Shown here: positions 50,729-61,113 of the stretch, one piece after another | How positions within the stretch are numbered: the stretch's first letter is position 1 | How the letters are laid out: every line of letters begins with the position of its first letter | Origin: Candidatus Krumholzibacteriales bacterium | GTDB lineage: Bacteria > Krumholzibacteriota > Krumholzibacteriia > Krumholzibacteriales > WJIX01 | Direction: 5' to 3' | Assembly: GCA_046483305.1 (NCBI GenBank) | Contig: JAWODM010000024.1 | Location: 25,714-89,713 of the forward strand | Length of the DNA stretch: 64,000 bases | The notes under the pieces: generated by a model | What the model was told of the DNA's origin: nothing | Databases searched by the model: none | What the model saw: the letters and a program-made list of their open reading frames with translations, nothing else | Made by a program: the position numbers and the translations under genes

Positions 50729-52525
50729 ATGCGCGAGATAAAAGCAAATTGTTCTTTCTGCTCACTCGCCTGCCCCCTGATTTACAGGGGCGGCAGAAGG
50801 TCCCCGGTATTTACCGGAGATGCCCTGCTGAGCGTAGATTGGGATCAGAGTGAAGGGACGGAATATGAAGGAAGCCTGTGCGCCCGCGGGAATGCGGCCG
50901 CCTCGTTCATGTCCAGTCCCGAAAGGCTTAATTATCCTTTCGTCCTGGGTGAAAGGACAGATTTTGCCGCGGCGGTCAAGGAAGCTGCCAGCGAACTGTC
51001 GTCTATCAAGGATCAGGGCGGAAGCGACAGCATCGGGATTCTGCTCGGAGGCGGCCTGACCTCCGAGGAGGCTTCCCTGGCGGTCAGATTTGCCCGGGAA
51101 GTTATCGGCACAGAAAATATTATGCTGCTTGCCCCGGATGATGTTCCACTTTTCAGGGGATGGTACCGCTCCGACCTTTCGTCGGTGCGTCCGGCGGGCG
51201 GGAAACCGGACGGAAACCGTTCTGTCACGCTGATAGTGGGGGATACTTTCGCGGATCACCCCTGCACCGCTAGGTCTGTACTGGACGACAGATACGGAGG
51301 CAGAGGGAACGATCTGATAGTGGTAAGCCCGAACAGGACCAATACCGCATGGTTCGCCACCAGACACCTGAAGTGCAATCCCGGGGGGGAGGCCGCGGCG
51401 GCTCTGGGGCTGCTTAAGGCGGCGGTGGATAAAAGCGGGGCTGAACTGCCCGCGGAGCTGCGGAAACTTGTAGAGAACACCGGATGGAACGAGATCGAAA
51501 GACTGAGCGGTATCAGAAGTGATAAAATGGAGGAAGCCGCGGAATCCATGCTGGGAGCGGCAAAAGTAACTACTTATATTTCAAATATTTTTGCAAGAAT
51601 CGGAGCGCCCGCCCTGTCCGAAGTGGCGGCTGAGGCGCTGACCCGTATCTGCCCCGGGGAGAGTTCTTTCAACACCCAGTTCGTCCAGCAGAATTCCCTG
51701 GGCGTCTACGCGGCGCTGAAGGGTATCGACAGAAGCGAGATGCTGGCTAATCTGGTGGAAGGGAAGATCAAGGGGTTGGTTATTATGGGGCTGGACCTGA
51801 TGTCGGAGTACCCGGCGCCCGAAGTGGAGAAGGCAATCAGGGAAGATACCTTCACCCTGGCCACTCAGATATTCAGGGGCACTACCGCTGAAAGGGCCAA
51901 CGTGGTCATACCGGTGGCTTCTCTTTCGGAGAAGAAGGGGACGGTCTGCCCTGAATTCGACAGGAATATCGTGCGGGATGAGGAGGATATAATCGAACCG
52001 CCCGGCGGGGTATTTACCGAGGCGGAATTTCTGGAAGCGCTTTCGGCCGAGATGGGCAGGGAGCTGAAACTGGAACAGGGCTCAATCCCAGCCGTGCAGC
52101 GCTCCGGAAAGATGGAATGGATTTCAGAGGAGTGGTCGGATTATACCTCGGAAATGAAAGCCCTGGACGGAGCGGATACGGTTCTGATCCCTCTCAGCGA
52201 TCCGGTGCACGTCGGAAACGGCTCCCTGAGCAGGCATTTCAGCTGGTCCAGAAGAAATTCTCCGGAACCGCTTCTGGTGATACCCTCCGGACTGGCCGGA
52301 GAGCTGAATATCAGAGAGGGCGAGAAAGCCGTTGCTGAAACAGAGGGGGGGAGTTCCTCCTTCACGGTAAGAATCAGTGACAGAATAGACGAAGGCGTGG
52401 CGGGGGTTTATATTCATTTCCCGTCGGCCAGAAAGCTTTTCCCCTGGAAGCTCAAAAGCAACAAGGGAGAACTGGAAATAATGCCGGTAAGCGTAACAAT
52501 TTCCGCTGAAGAGAAGAAGAGCTGA
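50729..52525 (+). CDS. Molybdopterin-oxidoreductase-fold subunit (NuoG/FdhA-like) with an N-terminal 4Fe-4S cluster
   Basis: CSFCSLAC...LCARG, ERL.YP, T..RA.VV.P....EK.GT, C-terminal molybdopterin-dinucleotide-like barrel. Confidence 0.75.
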   Translation: MREIKANCSFCSLACPLIYRGGRRSPVFTGDALLSVDWDQSEGTEYEGSLCARGNAAASFMSSPERLNYPFVLGERTDFAAAVKEAASELSSIKDQGGSDSIGILLGGGLTSEEASLAVRFAREVIGTENIMLLAPDDVPLFRGWYRSDLSSVRPAGGKPDGNRSVTLIVGDTFADHPCTARSVLDDRYGGRGNDLIVVSPNRTNTAWFATRHLKCNPGGEAAAALGLLKAAVDKSGAELPAELRKLVENTGWNEIERLSGIRSDKMEEAAESMLGAAKVTTYISNIFARIGAPALSEVAAEALTRICPGESSFNTQFVQQNSLGVYAALKGIDRSEMLANLVEGKIKGLVIMGLDLMSEYPAPEVEKAIREDTFTLATQIFRGTTAERANVVIPVASLSEKKGTVCPEFDRNIVRDEEDIIEPPGGVFTEAEFLEALSAEMGRELKLEQGSIPAVQRSGKMEWISEEWSDYTSEMKALDGADTVLIPLSDPVHVGNGSLSRHFSWSRRNSPEPLLVIPSGLAGELNIREGEKAVAETEGGSSSFTVRISDRIDEGVAGVYIHFPSARKLFPWKLKSNKGELEIMPVSVTISAEEKKS

Positions 52526-52527
52526 TC

Positions 52528-53007
52528 ATGGAAAAGAGAGTTTATATCGATATGAATCGTTGTATAGGGTGCCGCTCCTGTGCCGCCGCCTGCGCGGAAG
52601 GGCACCACGAGCAGGGGCTTCTCAAGCATGGATCGGTGGAAGAAGTCGCTCTGCTCCCGCTTCACTGCAGGCACTGTGATAATCCTCTATGCCTGGAGGT
52701 ATGTCCCGAAGACGCGATCAAGAAGAACGACGAAGGAATAATAGTCAGGGAGAACCAGAGGTGTATCGGATGCAAGTCCTGCGTGCTGGCCTGCCCGTTC
52801 GGGGTAATGTTCCCTTACCGGACCTGGCACATTTCGCCCAAGTGCGATCTGTGCGTGGACAGGCTGGAAGAGGACGAGAAACCGAGGTGTGTTTCCACGT
52901 GCACTACCGGAGCGCTGGTATTCGAGGACCTGGCCACCGTGGAGGAGAAGCACGAGAGAGTTGTTGAAGGCGGAAGGTATTTTGCCCGCTTCATGCTGGA
53001 ACGTTAG
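52528..53007 (+). CDS. 4x[4Fe-4S] electron-transfer subunit (HycB/CooF/DmsB-like)
   Basis: CIGCRSCAAAC, CRHCDNPLCLEVCP, CIGCKSCVLACPFG, KCDLC...P.CV..C. Confidence 0.9.
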   Translation: MEKRVYIDMNRCIGCRSCAAACAEGHHEQGLLKHGSVEEVALLPLHCRHCDNPLCLEVCPEDAIKKNDEGIIVRENQRCIGCKSCVLACPFGVMFPYRTWHISPKCDLCVDRLEEDEKPRCVSTCTTGALVFEDLATVEEKHERVVEGGRYFARFMLER

Positions 53008-53018
53008 CGGAGAGAAGT

Positions 53019-53951
53019 ATGGAATTACTTGGATACATATTTGATTACGTTGTTTTTCCGGGATTCCTGTTCACTGCGGTAGTGGGTCTGCTTACCACCT
53101 GGGTGGACCGGAAGGTAACGGCGAGGGTGCAGTGGAGAGTTGGGCCGCCCTGGTATCAGCCGTTCGCCGACACATTCAAGCTGATGGGCAAGGAAACTGT
53201 CATTCCCGCCGGAGCGGCCAGGACCGGGTTCCTGGCCATGCCGGTCATCGGGCTTGCCGCCGCGACGCTGGCTTCGACGATTCTCTGGAAGGTTAACCTG
53301 GACCCGGGCTCCTCGTTTCTGGGAGATTCAATAGTAGTTCTCTATATCATGACCATACCGGCGATTACACTGATAATCGGCGGCAGCGCATCCGGCAATC
53401 CGCTGGGGATACTGGGAGCCAGCAGAGAGATGAAGATGCTCTTCGCGTACGAACTCCCGCTGGTTATCGTGGTTCTGACTTCAGTTTACAAGGCCGGATC
53501 GTTCTCGTTCGGAGAAATTCTCAGTTATCAGAGCGTCAACGGAGTTATGCTGGGAAGCGTCTCCGGAGTTATCGCCTTCATTGTGGCGATCATGTGCGCG
53601 CAGGCTAAATGCGCGCTTCTTCCGTTCGATATCCCGGAGGCGGAAACCGAACTGGCCGGGGGGTCTCACATAGAGTATTCCGGCACCCCCTACGCGGTAG
53701 TCAGGCTGGTAATGGCGATCATGTACTTCATCGTTCCGGTCTTTATCATAACCCTCTTCTGGGGCGGATTCCATTTCAGCGGATGGTCGATCCTGACCTC
53801 CATACTGAAATATGTCGCTATAATAGTTATTATGGTACTGATAAGAAACACCAATCCCCGGGTAAGAATTGACCAGATGGTAAGGTTCTTCTGGGGGCCG
53901 ATGCTGATACTGGCTATAATTTCGATGATTCTGACAGTGATCGGTTACTGA
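53019..53951 (+). CDS. Membrane subunit, NuoH/MbhM/HycD family
   Basis: DRKV.ARVQ.RVGPP..QPFAD..KL..KE, GASRE, PFD.PEAE.EL..G...EYSG, PR.RIDQ. Confidence 0.92.
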   Translation: MELLGYIFDYVVFPGFLFTAVVGLLTTWVDRKVTARVQWRVGPPWYQPFADTFKLMGKETVIPAGAARTGFLAMPVIGLAAATLASTILWKVNLDPGSSFLGDSIVVLYIMTIPAITLIIGGSASGNPLGILGASREMKMLFAYELPLVIVVLTSVYKAGSFSFGEILSYQSVNGVMLGSVSGVIAFIVAIMCAQAKCALLPFDIPEAETELAGGSHIEYSGTPYAVVRLVMAIMYFIVPVFIITLFWGGFHFSGWSILTSILKYVAIIVIMVLIRNTNPRVRIDQMVRFFWGPMLILAIISMILTVIGY

Positions 53952-53967
53952 GCAATGGAGCTTTAGT

Positions 53968-54381
53968 ATGTCCCTTGGTCTGAAAGCGTTAAAGAAGTCA
54001 CCCTGGGTGTTCCATGTAAACACCGGGGCATGTAACAACTGTGACATTGAGATTCTGGACGCGCTGACTCCGCGTTTCGACGTGGAGCGCTTCGGTATCG
54101 TCCTTGTCGGCAGTATCAGGCATGCCGATGTTCTTCTTATTTCAGGACCGGTGACCAGAAACGTCCTGCCCCGGCTGAAGCGCCTTTACGAACAGGCTCC
54201 CAAGCCCATAAAAGTGATTGTGATAGGGGCCTGTGGATGTAACTGCGGGATCTTCCGGGACGGCTATAATATTATCGGGCCGGTGGACAAACACATACCG
54301 GTGGACGCTTACGTCCCCGGCTGCCCTCCGAAGCCGGAAACTATAATTGCGGGAGTGGTAAAGGTCTTGAATACTTTGTAG
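53968..54381 (+). CDS. Group 4 [NiFe]-hydrogenase small subunit (MbhJ/NuoB-like)
   Basis: GACNNCDIE, D.ERFG......RHAD.L...GPVT, GAC, VPGCPP.P. Confidence 0.93.
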   Translation: MSLGLKALKKSPWVFHVNTGACNNCDIEILDALTPRFDVERFGIVLVGSIRHADVLLISGPVTRNVLPRLKRLYEQAPKPIKVIVIGACGCNCGIFRDGYNIIGPVDKHIPVDAYVPGCPPKPETIIAGVVKVLNTL

Positions 54382-54403
54382 TAATTTTCTGAAAGAAACC
54401 GAT

Positions 54404-54925
54404 ATGGAAAAAGAAACAGTAAAAAAGAGGATAAAGGAAAAGTTCGGGGACAGGGTTGAAATTGCGGAACGCTCCGAAAAGAGAGTTTTCGTGTATGCCG
54501 AAAACGAAGTCTGGCGGGATCTAGCCGGTTTCCTGTTCAACGACCTGGACGCCCGGTTCGATACCGGCTGCGCCATAGATGACAGGGACGGCGTGGAAGT
54601 CATGATGTTCATGCCTTACGATAAGGAGAACTACTTCGTGACCATAAAGACTTTCGCGAAAAAGCCGCACCCCGAATTAGACAGCATATCGCCGGTAATT
54701 ACCGGCGCAAAATGGATAGAAAGAGAGATATTCGAGATGTTCGAGGTGAATTTCCGGGGGCATCCCAACCTGGTTCCGGTCCTCAGGTCAGATACCAGGC
54801 CGAAAGATTTCTATCCCCATAAGAGAGAAGAAAAGGAAAAACATGAGATGTCGCGTGTAAAGAACGAAGGCTGGGAGAGGTTTAACGATGTAACCGGGAA
54901 ACCTCCCGAGGGCGAGAACCCGTAA
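54404..54925 (+). CDS. NuoC/MbhK-like subunit
   Basis: SIS....GA.W.EREI.EMF.V.F.GHP. Confidence 0.88.
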   Translation: MEKETVKKRIKEKFGDRVEIAERSEKRVFVYAENEVWRDLAGFLFNDLDARFDTGCAIDDRDGVEVMMFMPYDKENYFVTIKTFAKKPHPELDSISPVITGAKWIEREIFEMFEVNFRGHPNLVPVLRSDTRPKDFYPHKREEKEKHEMSRVKNEGWERFNDVTGKPPEGENP

Positions 54926-54957
54926 TTCAGCGCGGCTTCAATTTGAGGTGAATCATA

Positions 54958-56154
54958 ATGGTTAAGAAAATACCGATCGGCCCCTTTCACCCGATACTCG
55001 AAGAACCGGAATTCTTCGAGCTGCATGTGGATGGGGAGAGGGTTGTTGATATCGATATAACGATCGGCTGGAGCCACCGGGGGATCGAACTGCTCTCCGA
55101 ACACAAGACCTGGGACCAGGTGCCTTTCCTGGTGGAGAGGGTCTGCGGTATCTGTTCCGCCTCTCATCCCTACGCCTATGTAAAGGCTGTAGAAGACCTG
55201 CTGCAGGTGGAAGTGCCGGAGAGGGCCCAATACATCAGGGTTATCGTCGCCGAACTGGAAAGGCTTCACAGCCATCTTCTCTGGACCGGCCTGGCCGGCC
55301 ACTTCCTCGGTTACAACACCGTGTTCATGTGGGCGTGGAAGTACCGGGAGCCCCTGCTGGATATTCTGGAAGCGGTTACCGGGAATAGAAACCACTACGC
55401 GACCTGGAGGATCGGCGGTGTCAGAAGAGATCTCCCCGGGGAAGAGATACCCGGTATCAGGGAGATGCTGGATGAACTCTGGAAGAAGAACGACCTTCTG
55501 ACCAAAGCCATAATCGACGATCCGGTTATTCACGCCAGGACCAAGGGAGTGGGCGTGTTGAATCAGAAAATGTGCCGCGAGTACGGGGCTCTGGGCCCGA
55601 CCGCCAGAGCGGGAAATTACAATATAGATGCCAGGCGCGACCACCCCATGGACGCTTACAGAAACGTGGAGTTCGATGTAATTGTCTGTGAGAACGGCGA
55701 TGTGTACGACAAGGCGGTGGTAAGGCAGCTGGAGAATTTCGAGGCTATCAAGATTATCAGGCAGTGCCTGGACGCGATAGAATCGATGAACGGCGGAGAT
55801 ATACTGCTGGAGATTGACAAGGTCCCGCCGGGGGAGGGGCTGGGAGTTTACGAAGCCCCCCGCGGAGAAGTATTTCACTACGTTCGATCAGACGGCGGGA
55901 ATATGCCGATGAGGCACAAGATCAGGGCCCCCAGCTTCAATAACATACTCACCAACGAATATACCGTGCCCGGTTATTCGGTGGCGGATGCGGGGCTGAT
56001 CACCGCCGCGGTCGATCCCTGCTACTCCTGCACGGAGAGGATGGGAGTGGTGGACGCGCGAAGCGGCGAAAGGACCGTGCTGACAGAAACGGACCTGGTA
56101 AGACTTTCGCAGGAAAAGACTCGGAGAATCAGAAGAGAGCTTGGAAAAGAATAG
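54958..56154 (+). CDS. Group 4 energy-converting [NiFe]-hydrogenase large subunit (MbhL-like)
   Basis: GP.HP.LEEP, HRG.E, L1 ERVCGICSASH, ELERLHSH, EAPRGE, L2 DPCYSCTER plus a cleavable C-terminal extension. Confidence 0.94.
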   Translation: MVKKIPIGPFHPILEEPEFFELHVDGERVVDIDITIGWSHRGIELLSEHKTWDQVPFLVERVCGICSASHPYAYVKAVEDLLQVEVPERAQYIRVIVAELERLHSHLLWTGLAGHFLGYNTVFMWAWKYREPLLDILEAVTGNRNHYATWRIGGVRRDLPGEEIPGIREMLDELWKKNDLLTKAIIDDPVIHARTKGVGVLNQKMCREYGALGPTARAGNYNIDARRDHPMDAYRNVEFDVIVCENGDVYDKAVVRQLENFEAIKIIRQCLDAIESMNGGDILLEIDKVPPGEGLGVYEAPRGEVFHYVRSDGGNMPMRHKIRAPSFNNILTNEYTVPGYSVADAGLITAAVDPCYSCTERMGVVDARSGERTVLTETDLVRLSQEKTRRIRRELGKE

Positions 56155-56189
56155 GTTGAATAGTATAATATCGATTCTGGAGAGGTAAG

Positions 56190-58070
56190 ATGAACGAGCT
56201 TTTACAAATAATAGTTCTGCTGGGCGTTGCCGGGATTGTGCCGCTGTTCATTCCCCGCAGGGGAAAACTGGTGGCCGGTATCGTAGCCCTGGCTGCCTCC
56301 GTGTGGGGCCTGGTCCGGGCGCTTCAGTTGTTCGGCAGCAGCGCGGCAGGCATGAATGTTCATCTCTTCGACCTGGGCGGTGTGATGCCTTTCGACTTCG
56401 CCCTGAAGCAGACCGATTTCAGCTCCTTCCTGCTTATATTCATCATGTTGTTCGGAGTGCTGGTTATTCTCTATTCGCTGAGCTTCCTCAGAAACCGCGA
56501 TACGGCAAGCATTTACTATTCATACCTGATCTGGACGCTGTCCGCGGCGGCCGGGGTGGTACTTTCAGACAACCTGCTGATACTTCTGATATTCTGGGAG
56601 ATACTGACCGCTCTGCTGTTCTTTCTCATCAATATGGGCGATGAGGGGCATTCGGAGGCGGCGGCGAAGAGCTTCACCATACTTGGATTCACTGACGCCG
56701 CCATGCTGCTCGGGATTGTCCTGATATGGGTAAAGTTCAATACTCTATCGATATCCGCCATATCCGCCGACCCGATAGCCGTAGGAAATCCGCTCAACGC
56801 GATTATTTTCCTGCTGCTGTTTGCCGGCGCTCTTGCCAAGGCGGGAGGGATGCCGCTGCACTCCTGGATACCTAACATGGCAAAATCTACCCTGACCCCG
56901 GTAATGGCATTCCTGCCCGCATCGCTGGACAAACTGCTGGGGATATACCTCCTGGTCAGGATATCTGTCTTCATGTTCGCCATCAAGGCCGGCGGGGCGA
57001 TCTCCATGGCTATGATGATAGTGGGGGCGGCAACCATCATATTCGCGGTTCTGATGGCGCTGGTTCAGCATAATCTTAAGAAGCTGCTCTCTTTTCACGC
57101 GGTCAGCCAGGTCGGATATATGATCCTGGGTGTGGGAAGCGGAATACCTATTGCTGTTGTCGGGGGGGTCTTCCACATGCTCAATAACGCCGTCTACAAG
57201 AGCGGGCTGTTCCTGGGAGCCGGTTCGGTGGAATACAGAACCGGGACCGCAGAGCTGGATGAGCTGGGTGGGCTGGCCCGCCTGATGCCGGTAACTTTCA
57301 TTACAACGGTAATTACTGCGATGTCGATTTCCGGGGTTCCGCCTTTCAACGGTTTTGCCTCCAAATGGCTGGTTTACCAGGGGATGCTGGCAGGCGGCAA
57401 CAGCCACATAATATTCCTGGTTATAGCGATCTTCGGCAGCGCGCTGACCCTGGCGTCATTCATCAAGGTGCTTCATTCGGTATTCCTGGGAAGAAGAGAC
57501 CGCCGGTTCGACGATGTCAAAGAGACCGGTTTCGCGTTTCAGATACCTCTGATCATACTGGCGGCGATATGCATACTGTTCGGAATATTTGCCAGGTACC
57601 CGCTGGAGAAATTCATCGTGCCGGCGGTGGGGGGAACTTCGGGGCTGGACCTTTCAGCGAACACGATAGTAACCACCGCTACCAGGGGGTTCTGGAATCC
57701 GACCCTTGCGACCATACTGATGATAGTCGGCATAGTATTAGGATTCATAATTTATCTGATAGGACGCGTCGGCAAGGTCAGGATGGACGAAAACCCCTGG
57801 GTCGGCGGCAACATAATGGACAATGAGGAGATGAGGATACCGGGAACGCATTTTTACAAGACCGTCACCGAAGAGCTGGGCGGGACAGTGAAGGCGGCGT
57901 TCCGGGACGGGGAGAAAGGCGCGTTCGATATTTACAGGATTTCAGGGAGTATGGGAGACAGGCTGGTGCAGATGATGAGACGGCTGCACGACGGAGTGCT
58001 CTCCACATACCTCTCCTGGGTAATAATAGGTTTGGCAGTTCTTGCTTTTATTCTGATATTGAACTGGTAG
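56190..58070 (+). CDS. Antiporter-like proton-translocating subunit (NuoL/HyfB/MrpA-like)
   Basis: FWE, AKAG..PLHSW.P, LKKLLSFH.VSQ.GY, H..NNA..KS.LFL.AG, G.PPFNGF.SKW; extended C-terminus. Confidence 0.9.
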   Translation: MNELLQIIVLLGVAGIVPLFIPRRGKLVAGIVALAASVWGLVRALQLFGSSAAGMNVHLFDLGGVMPFDFALKQTDFSSFLLIFIMLFGVLVILYSLSFLRNRDTASIYYSYLIWTLSAAAGVVLSDNLLILLIFWEILTALLFFLINMGDEGHSEAAAKSFTILGFTDAAMLLGIVLIWVKFNTLSISAISADPIAVGNPLNAIIFLLLFAGALAKAGGMPLHSWIPNMAKSTLTPVMAFLPASLDKLLGIYLLVRISVFMFAIKAGGAISMAMMIVGAATIIFAVLMALVQHNLKKLLSFHAVSQVGYMILGVGSGIPIAVVGGVFHMLNNAVYKSGLFLGAGSVEYRTGTAELDELGGLARLMPVTFITTVITAMSISGVPPFNGFASKWLVYQGMLAGGNSHIIFLVIAIFGSALTLASFIKVLHSVFLGRRDRRFDDVKETGFAFQIPLIILAAICILFGIFARYPLEKFIVPAVGGTSGLDLSANTIVTTATRGFWNPTLATILMIVGIVLGFIIYLIGRVGKVRMDENPWVGGNIMDNEEMRIPGTHFYKTVTEELGGTVKAAFRDGEKGAFDIYRISGSMGDRLVQMMRRLHDGVLSTYLSWVIIGLAVLAFILILNW

Positions 58071-58093
58071 CAGAATAAAGAAAGGGAATCTGA

Positions 58094-58687
58094 ATGGAGA
58101 TATTTCTCCTGATACTGACATTGATAATGGTGATAGGTTCGATAATAGCTATTGAAACCAGGAACCTTCTCTCATCGGTTATCTCGGTGGGAGTGGTCGG
58201 ATTCTGCCTGAGTATCGTTTTCCTCATGCTCGGAGCGCCTGATATAGCGATAACCCAGGTAGTGGTGGAGATTCTTATACTGGTGATACTGATAAGAGCT
58301 ACCATCACCACCGACAATACTTCCATTGAGAAGCACAAGGACACCTTTGCGGTTGTAACCAGCCTGATCTTCTTCGGGCTTTTCCTGATTTTCGCATTTC
58401 TGGCGGTACAGGAGATACACCAGTTCGGCAACCCCCTGATGCGGGTTTCCGAAAAGTATCTGGAGACCGGAGCGGAGGAGACCGGGGCGACCAATATCGT
58501 CACCAGCGTGCTTCTGGACTTCAGGGCCTACGATACCATCGGCGAGGCGACGGTGCTGTTTACCTCCATAGTGGGCGCTTTTGTGATTCTGCGGCGCAAG
58601 GGCAGGAAGAGCAGGAAGGAAAAGGACAGGGAAAAGGTCGGAATACTGGATGATGAAGACATAAAGAAGGATTTTGAGGGGTTCTAA
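58094..58687 (+). CDS. MbhD+MbhE-like fused subunit (MrpA C-terminal / DUF4040)
   Basis: LGAPDIAITQ.VVE and N.VT.VLLDFRAYDT.GE..VLF. Confidence 0.85.
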   Translation: MEIFLLILTLIMVIGSIIAIETRNLLSSVISVGVVGFCLSIVFLMLGAPDIAITQVVVEILILVILIRATITTDNTSIEKHKDTFAVVTSLIFFGLFLIFAFLAVQEIHQFGNPLMRVSEKYLETGAEETGATNIVTSVLLDFRAYDTIGEATVLFTSIVGAFVILRRKGRKSRKEKDREKVGILDDEDIKKDFEGF

Positions 58688-58700
58688 AGGAGAGTTTGCC

Positions 58701-59189
58701 TTGAACAGGGATATAGACAAGGAAATTCATAACGAAGCGCATGGTATGACATCGATAGTCAAGACCGTAGCCAGGTTTCTCATGGGCATTATTTTTATCT
58801 TCGGCGCCTATATTATTCTTTACGGTCACCTGACTCCCGGAGGAGGTTTTGCCGGCGGTATAATACTGGCCTGCGGGTACATACTTCTTACCATGTCCTT
58901 CGGCAGGGAAATTGGACTGCGCAAGCTGAGCGATAACTGGGCCTCGATTCTCGACAACACCGGCGCCCTCATGTTTCTGGTTATCGGGCTGCTCGGGTTC
59001 ACCGGCGGCTACTTTTTCCTGAACTTCCTGGGAAAAGGGGATATGTTCCACCTGCTGAGCGCGGGAACCATCCCCCTGAGCAACATCGCTATCGGGATGA
59101 AGGTGGTGGCATCGGTATTTGCCGTATTCATTGCGCTCTCTATTTTCGGCAGAGTTGTTTCTGACTATGTAGAGGATGAAGAGGTTTAA
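58701..59189 (+). CDS. MrpB/MnhB (MbhF-like) subunit
   Basis: YIILYGHLTPGGGF.GG, SAG.IP..N..IG.KV; TTG start 58701 behind AAGGAG. Confidence 0.9.
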   Translation: MNRDIDKEIHNEAHGMTSIVKTVARFLMGIIFIFGAYIILYGHLTPGGGFAGGIILACGYILLTMSFGREIGLRKLSDNWASILDNTGALMFLVIGLLGFTGGYFFLNFLGKGDMFHLLSAGTIPLSNIAIGMKVVASVFAVFIALSIFGRVVSDYVEDEEV

Positions 59190-59203
59190 GGAGTAGGTTT
59201 ACT

Positions 59204-59554
59204 ATGATACTTTATTTTCTTTCACTCGCACTGTTTGTAATGGGGCTTTACTGCCTGGTGGCGAAAAAGAATATTATCAAGAAGGTAATAGGTATCGTGA
59301 TAACCGAATACTCTATAAATATGTTCCTGATCCTGGTAGGATACCGCCACGGGGGTATCGCTCCCGTCCTGATGAAAGGCATGGACAAAAGCGAACTGGT
59401 ATCCAGGGGAGTGGATCCGCTTCCCCAGGCGCTGGTTCTGACATCCATAGTAATCGGCCTCGGCGTACTGGCCCTGATGGTCTCCCTCTGCCTGAGGCTT
59501 TATGAAAAGTACAAGACATTCGATATGTCCGAAATCAAGAGACTGAGAGGATAG
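59204..59554 (+). CDS. MrpC/MnhC (MbhG-like) subunit
   Basis: GLY......N.IKK.IG, DPLPQALVLTSIVIG. Confidence 0.92.
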   Translation: MILYFLSLALFVMGLYCLVAKKNIIKKVIGIVITEYSINMFLILVGYRHGGIAPVLMKGMDKSELVSRGVDPLPQALVLTSIVIGLGVLALMVSLCLRLYEKYKTFDMSEIKRLRG

Positions 59555-59568
59555 AAGCAGGAGAGAAA

Positions 59569-61101
59569 ATGCAGGGATTATATCCATTATTTACCGCGTT
59601 GCCGCTGGCGATAGCCTTTCTGAATCTTCTTGTGTCAAAGCTTAACAGGAAGGTATCGGATTACCTTGCCTTTGTGGCCATGGCGATTCTGGCGGTAATG
59701 TCATTGAAGATGCTCTTCGTTGAGCCCTTTACCTATCATGTAGGGGGATGGGCTCCGCCCTGGGGCATTCTCCTGGTATCCGACGGATTGAGTTCCCTGA
59801 TACTGGTGGTTATAAATATCATAGGGCTGCTGTCCATGATATTTTCCATCAGCTATATGAATACATACACGGCCAAGCCGAAGTACTATACCCTGTTCCT
59901 GCTGATGGTGGCGGGGATGAACGGGGTGGTCATCACCGGCGATTTCTTTAACATGTACGTATTTCTGGAGATAGCTTCGATCGCTTCCTACGCCCTGGTA
60001 GGTTTCGGTTGTGAAAGGGAAGAGCTGGAAGCGTCTTTCAAATATCTGATTCTGGGCGGGGTGGCGAGCACGGCGGTGCTGTTCGGGATAGCTTTCCTGT
60101 ATTCGATGACCGGAACGCTGAATATGCCCGATGTGGCCCATCAGCTGGAATTCATGGAGATGAACAGGGCGATAGCTTTCGTGCTGGCGATGTTCATAAT
60201 GGGTTTCGGGCTCAAGGCCTCAACGGTCCCGTTCCATGCGTGGCTCCCCGACGCTCACCCCAGCGCGCCGGCTCCGATTTCGGCGATGCTTTCAGGGGTG
60301 CTGATCAAGGCCCTGGGGGTTTACGCAATTGCCAGGGTGATGTTCCATGTATTCGGCCCCAACGACATGATATCGGCCATACTGATGTTCCTGGGCGCGC
60401 TCTCCATGCTGGTGGGAGTGATAATGGCGGTAGGGCAGTCCGATTTCAAGAGGATGCTGGCCTACCATTCGATCAGCCAGATGGGGTATGTTACCATTGG
60501 CCTGGGACTGGGGCTGAACCCGAATGTTTCGCCGGCTATCGCCGCCTTCGGGCTGCTGGGAGGCCTGTTCCACCTGGCAAACCACGCGGTTTTCAAGTCC
60601 TGCCTGTTCCTGAGCTCCGGCTCCTTCGAGTTCCGTACCGGAACCAGGAATAAGTTCGAAATGGGCGGACTTATAAGGAAAATGCCGGTTACCAGCACTA
60701 CATGCTCCATCGCTTCACTCTCCATATCGGGAGTGCCGCCGTTTAACGGGTTCTGGAGCAAGCTTATTATTATCGCCGCGTTCATCCAGGCCGCCCTCTA
60801 TTCCCAGGGGAGCAGCAGGGCCTGGTTCATGGCTTACGGGATTATTGCCGTTTTCGTGGCGTTCATGACCTTGATATCATTCGTAAGACTGCAGAAGAGC
60901 GTTATTTTCGGCAGGCTGCCGGAGAGGTTCGCCGCTATTAAGGAAGCCCCGTTTTCGATGGTGCTTCCGCTGATAATTCTGGCTATCCTGTGTCTTGGTA
61001 TCGGGATAGCTTATCCCTTCATCCATGACACCCTGCTGGCAGCGGCCAAGGACGCGCTGCTGGATAAAGTCAGCTACGTTAATCTGCTTATCGGGAGTTA
61101 G
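59569..61101 (+). CDS. MrpD/MnhD (MbhH-like) antiporter subunit
   Basis: GGW.PP.GI, D.FN.YVF.EI, EASFKY, K....PFHAWLPDAHP.AP.PISA.LSG, KR.LAY.SISQ.GY. Confidence 0.92.
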   Translation: MQGLYPLFTALPLAIAFLNLLVSKLNRKVSDYLAFVAMAILAVMSLKMLFVEPFTYHVGGWAPPWGILLVSDGLSSLILVVINIIGLLSMIFSISYMNTYTAKPKYYTLFLLMVAGMNGVVITGDFFNMYVFLEIASIASYALVGFGCEREELEASFKYLILGGVASTAVLFGIAFLYSMTGTLNMPDVAHQLEFMEMNRAIAFVLAMFIMGFGLKASTVPFHAWLPDAHPSAPAPISAMLSGVLIKALGVYAIARVMFHVFGPNDMISAILMFLGALSMLVGVIMAVGQSDFKRMLAYHSISQMGYVTIGLGLGLNPNVSPAIAAFGLLGGLFHLANHAVFKSCLFLSSGSFEFRTGTRNKFEMGGLIRKMPVTSTTCSIASLSISGVPPFNGFWSKLIIIAAFIQAALYSQGSSRAWFMAYGIIAVFVAFMTLISFVRLQKSVIFGRLPERFAAIKEAPFSMVLPLIILAILCLGIGIAYPFIHDTLLAAAKDALLDKVSYVNLLIGS

Positions 61102-61113
61102 AAGAGGGTTATT

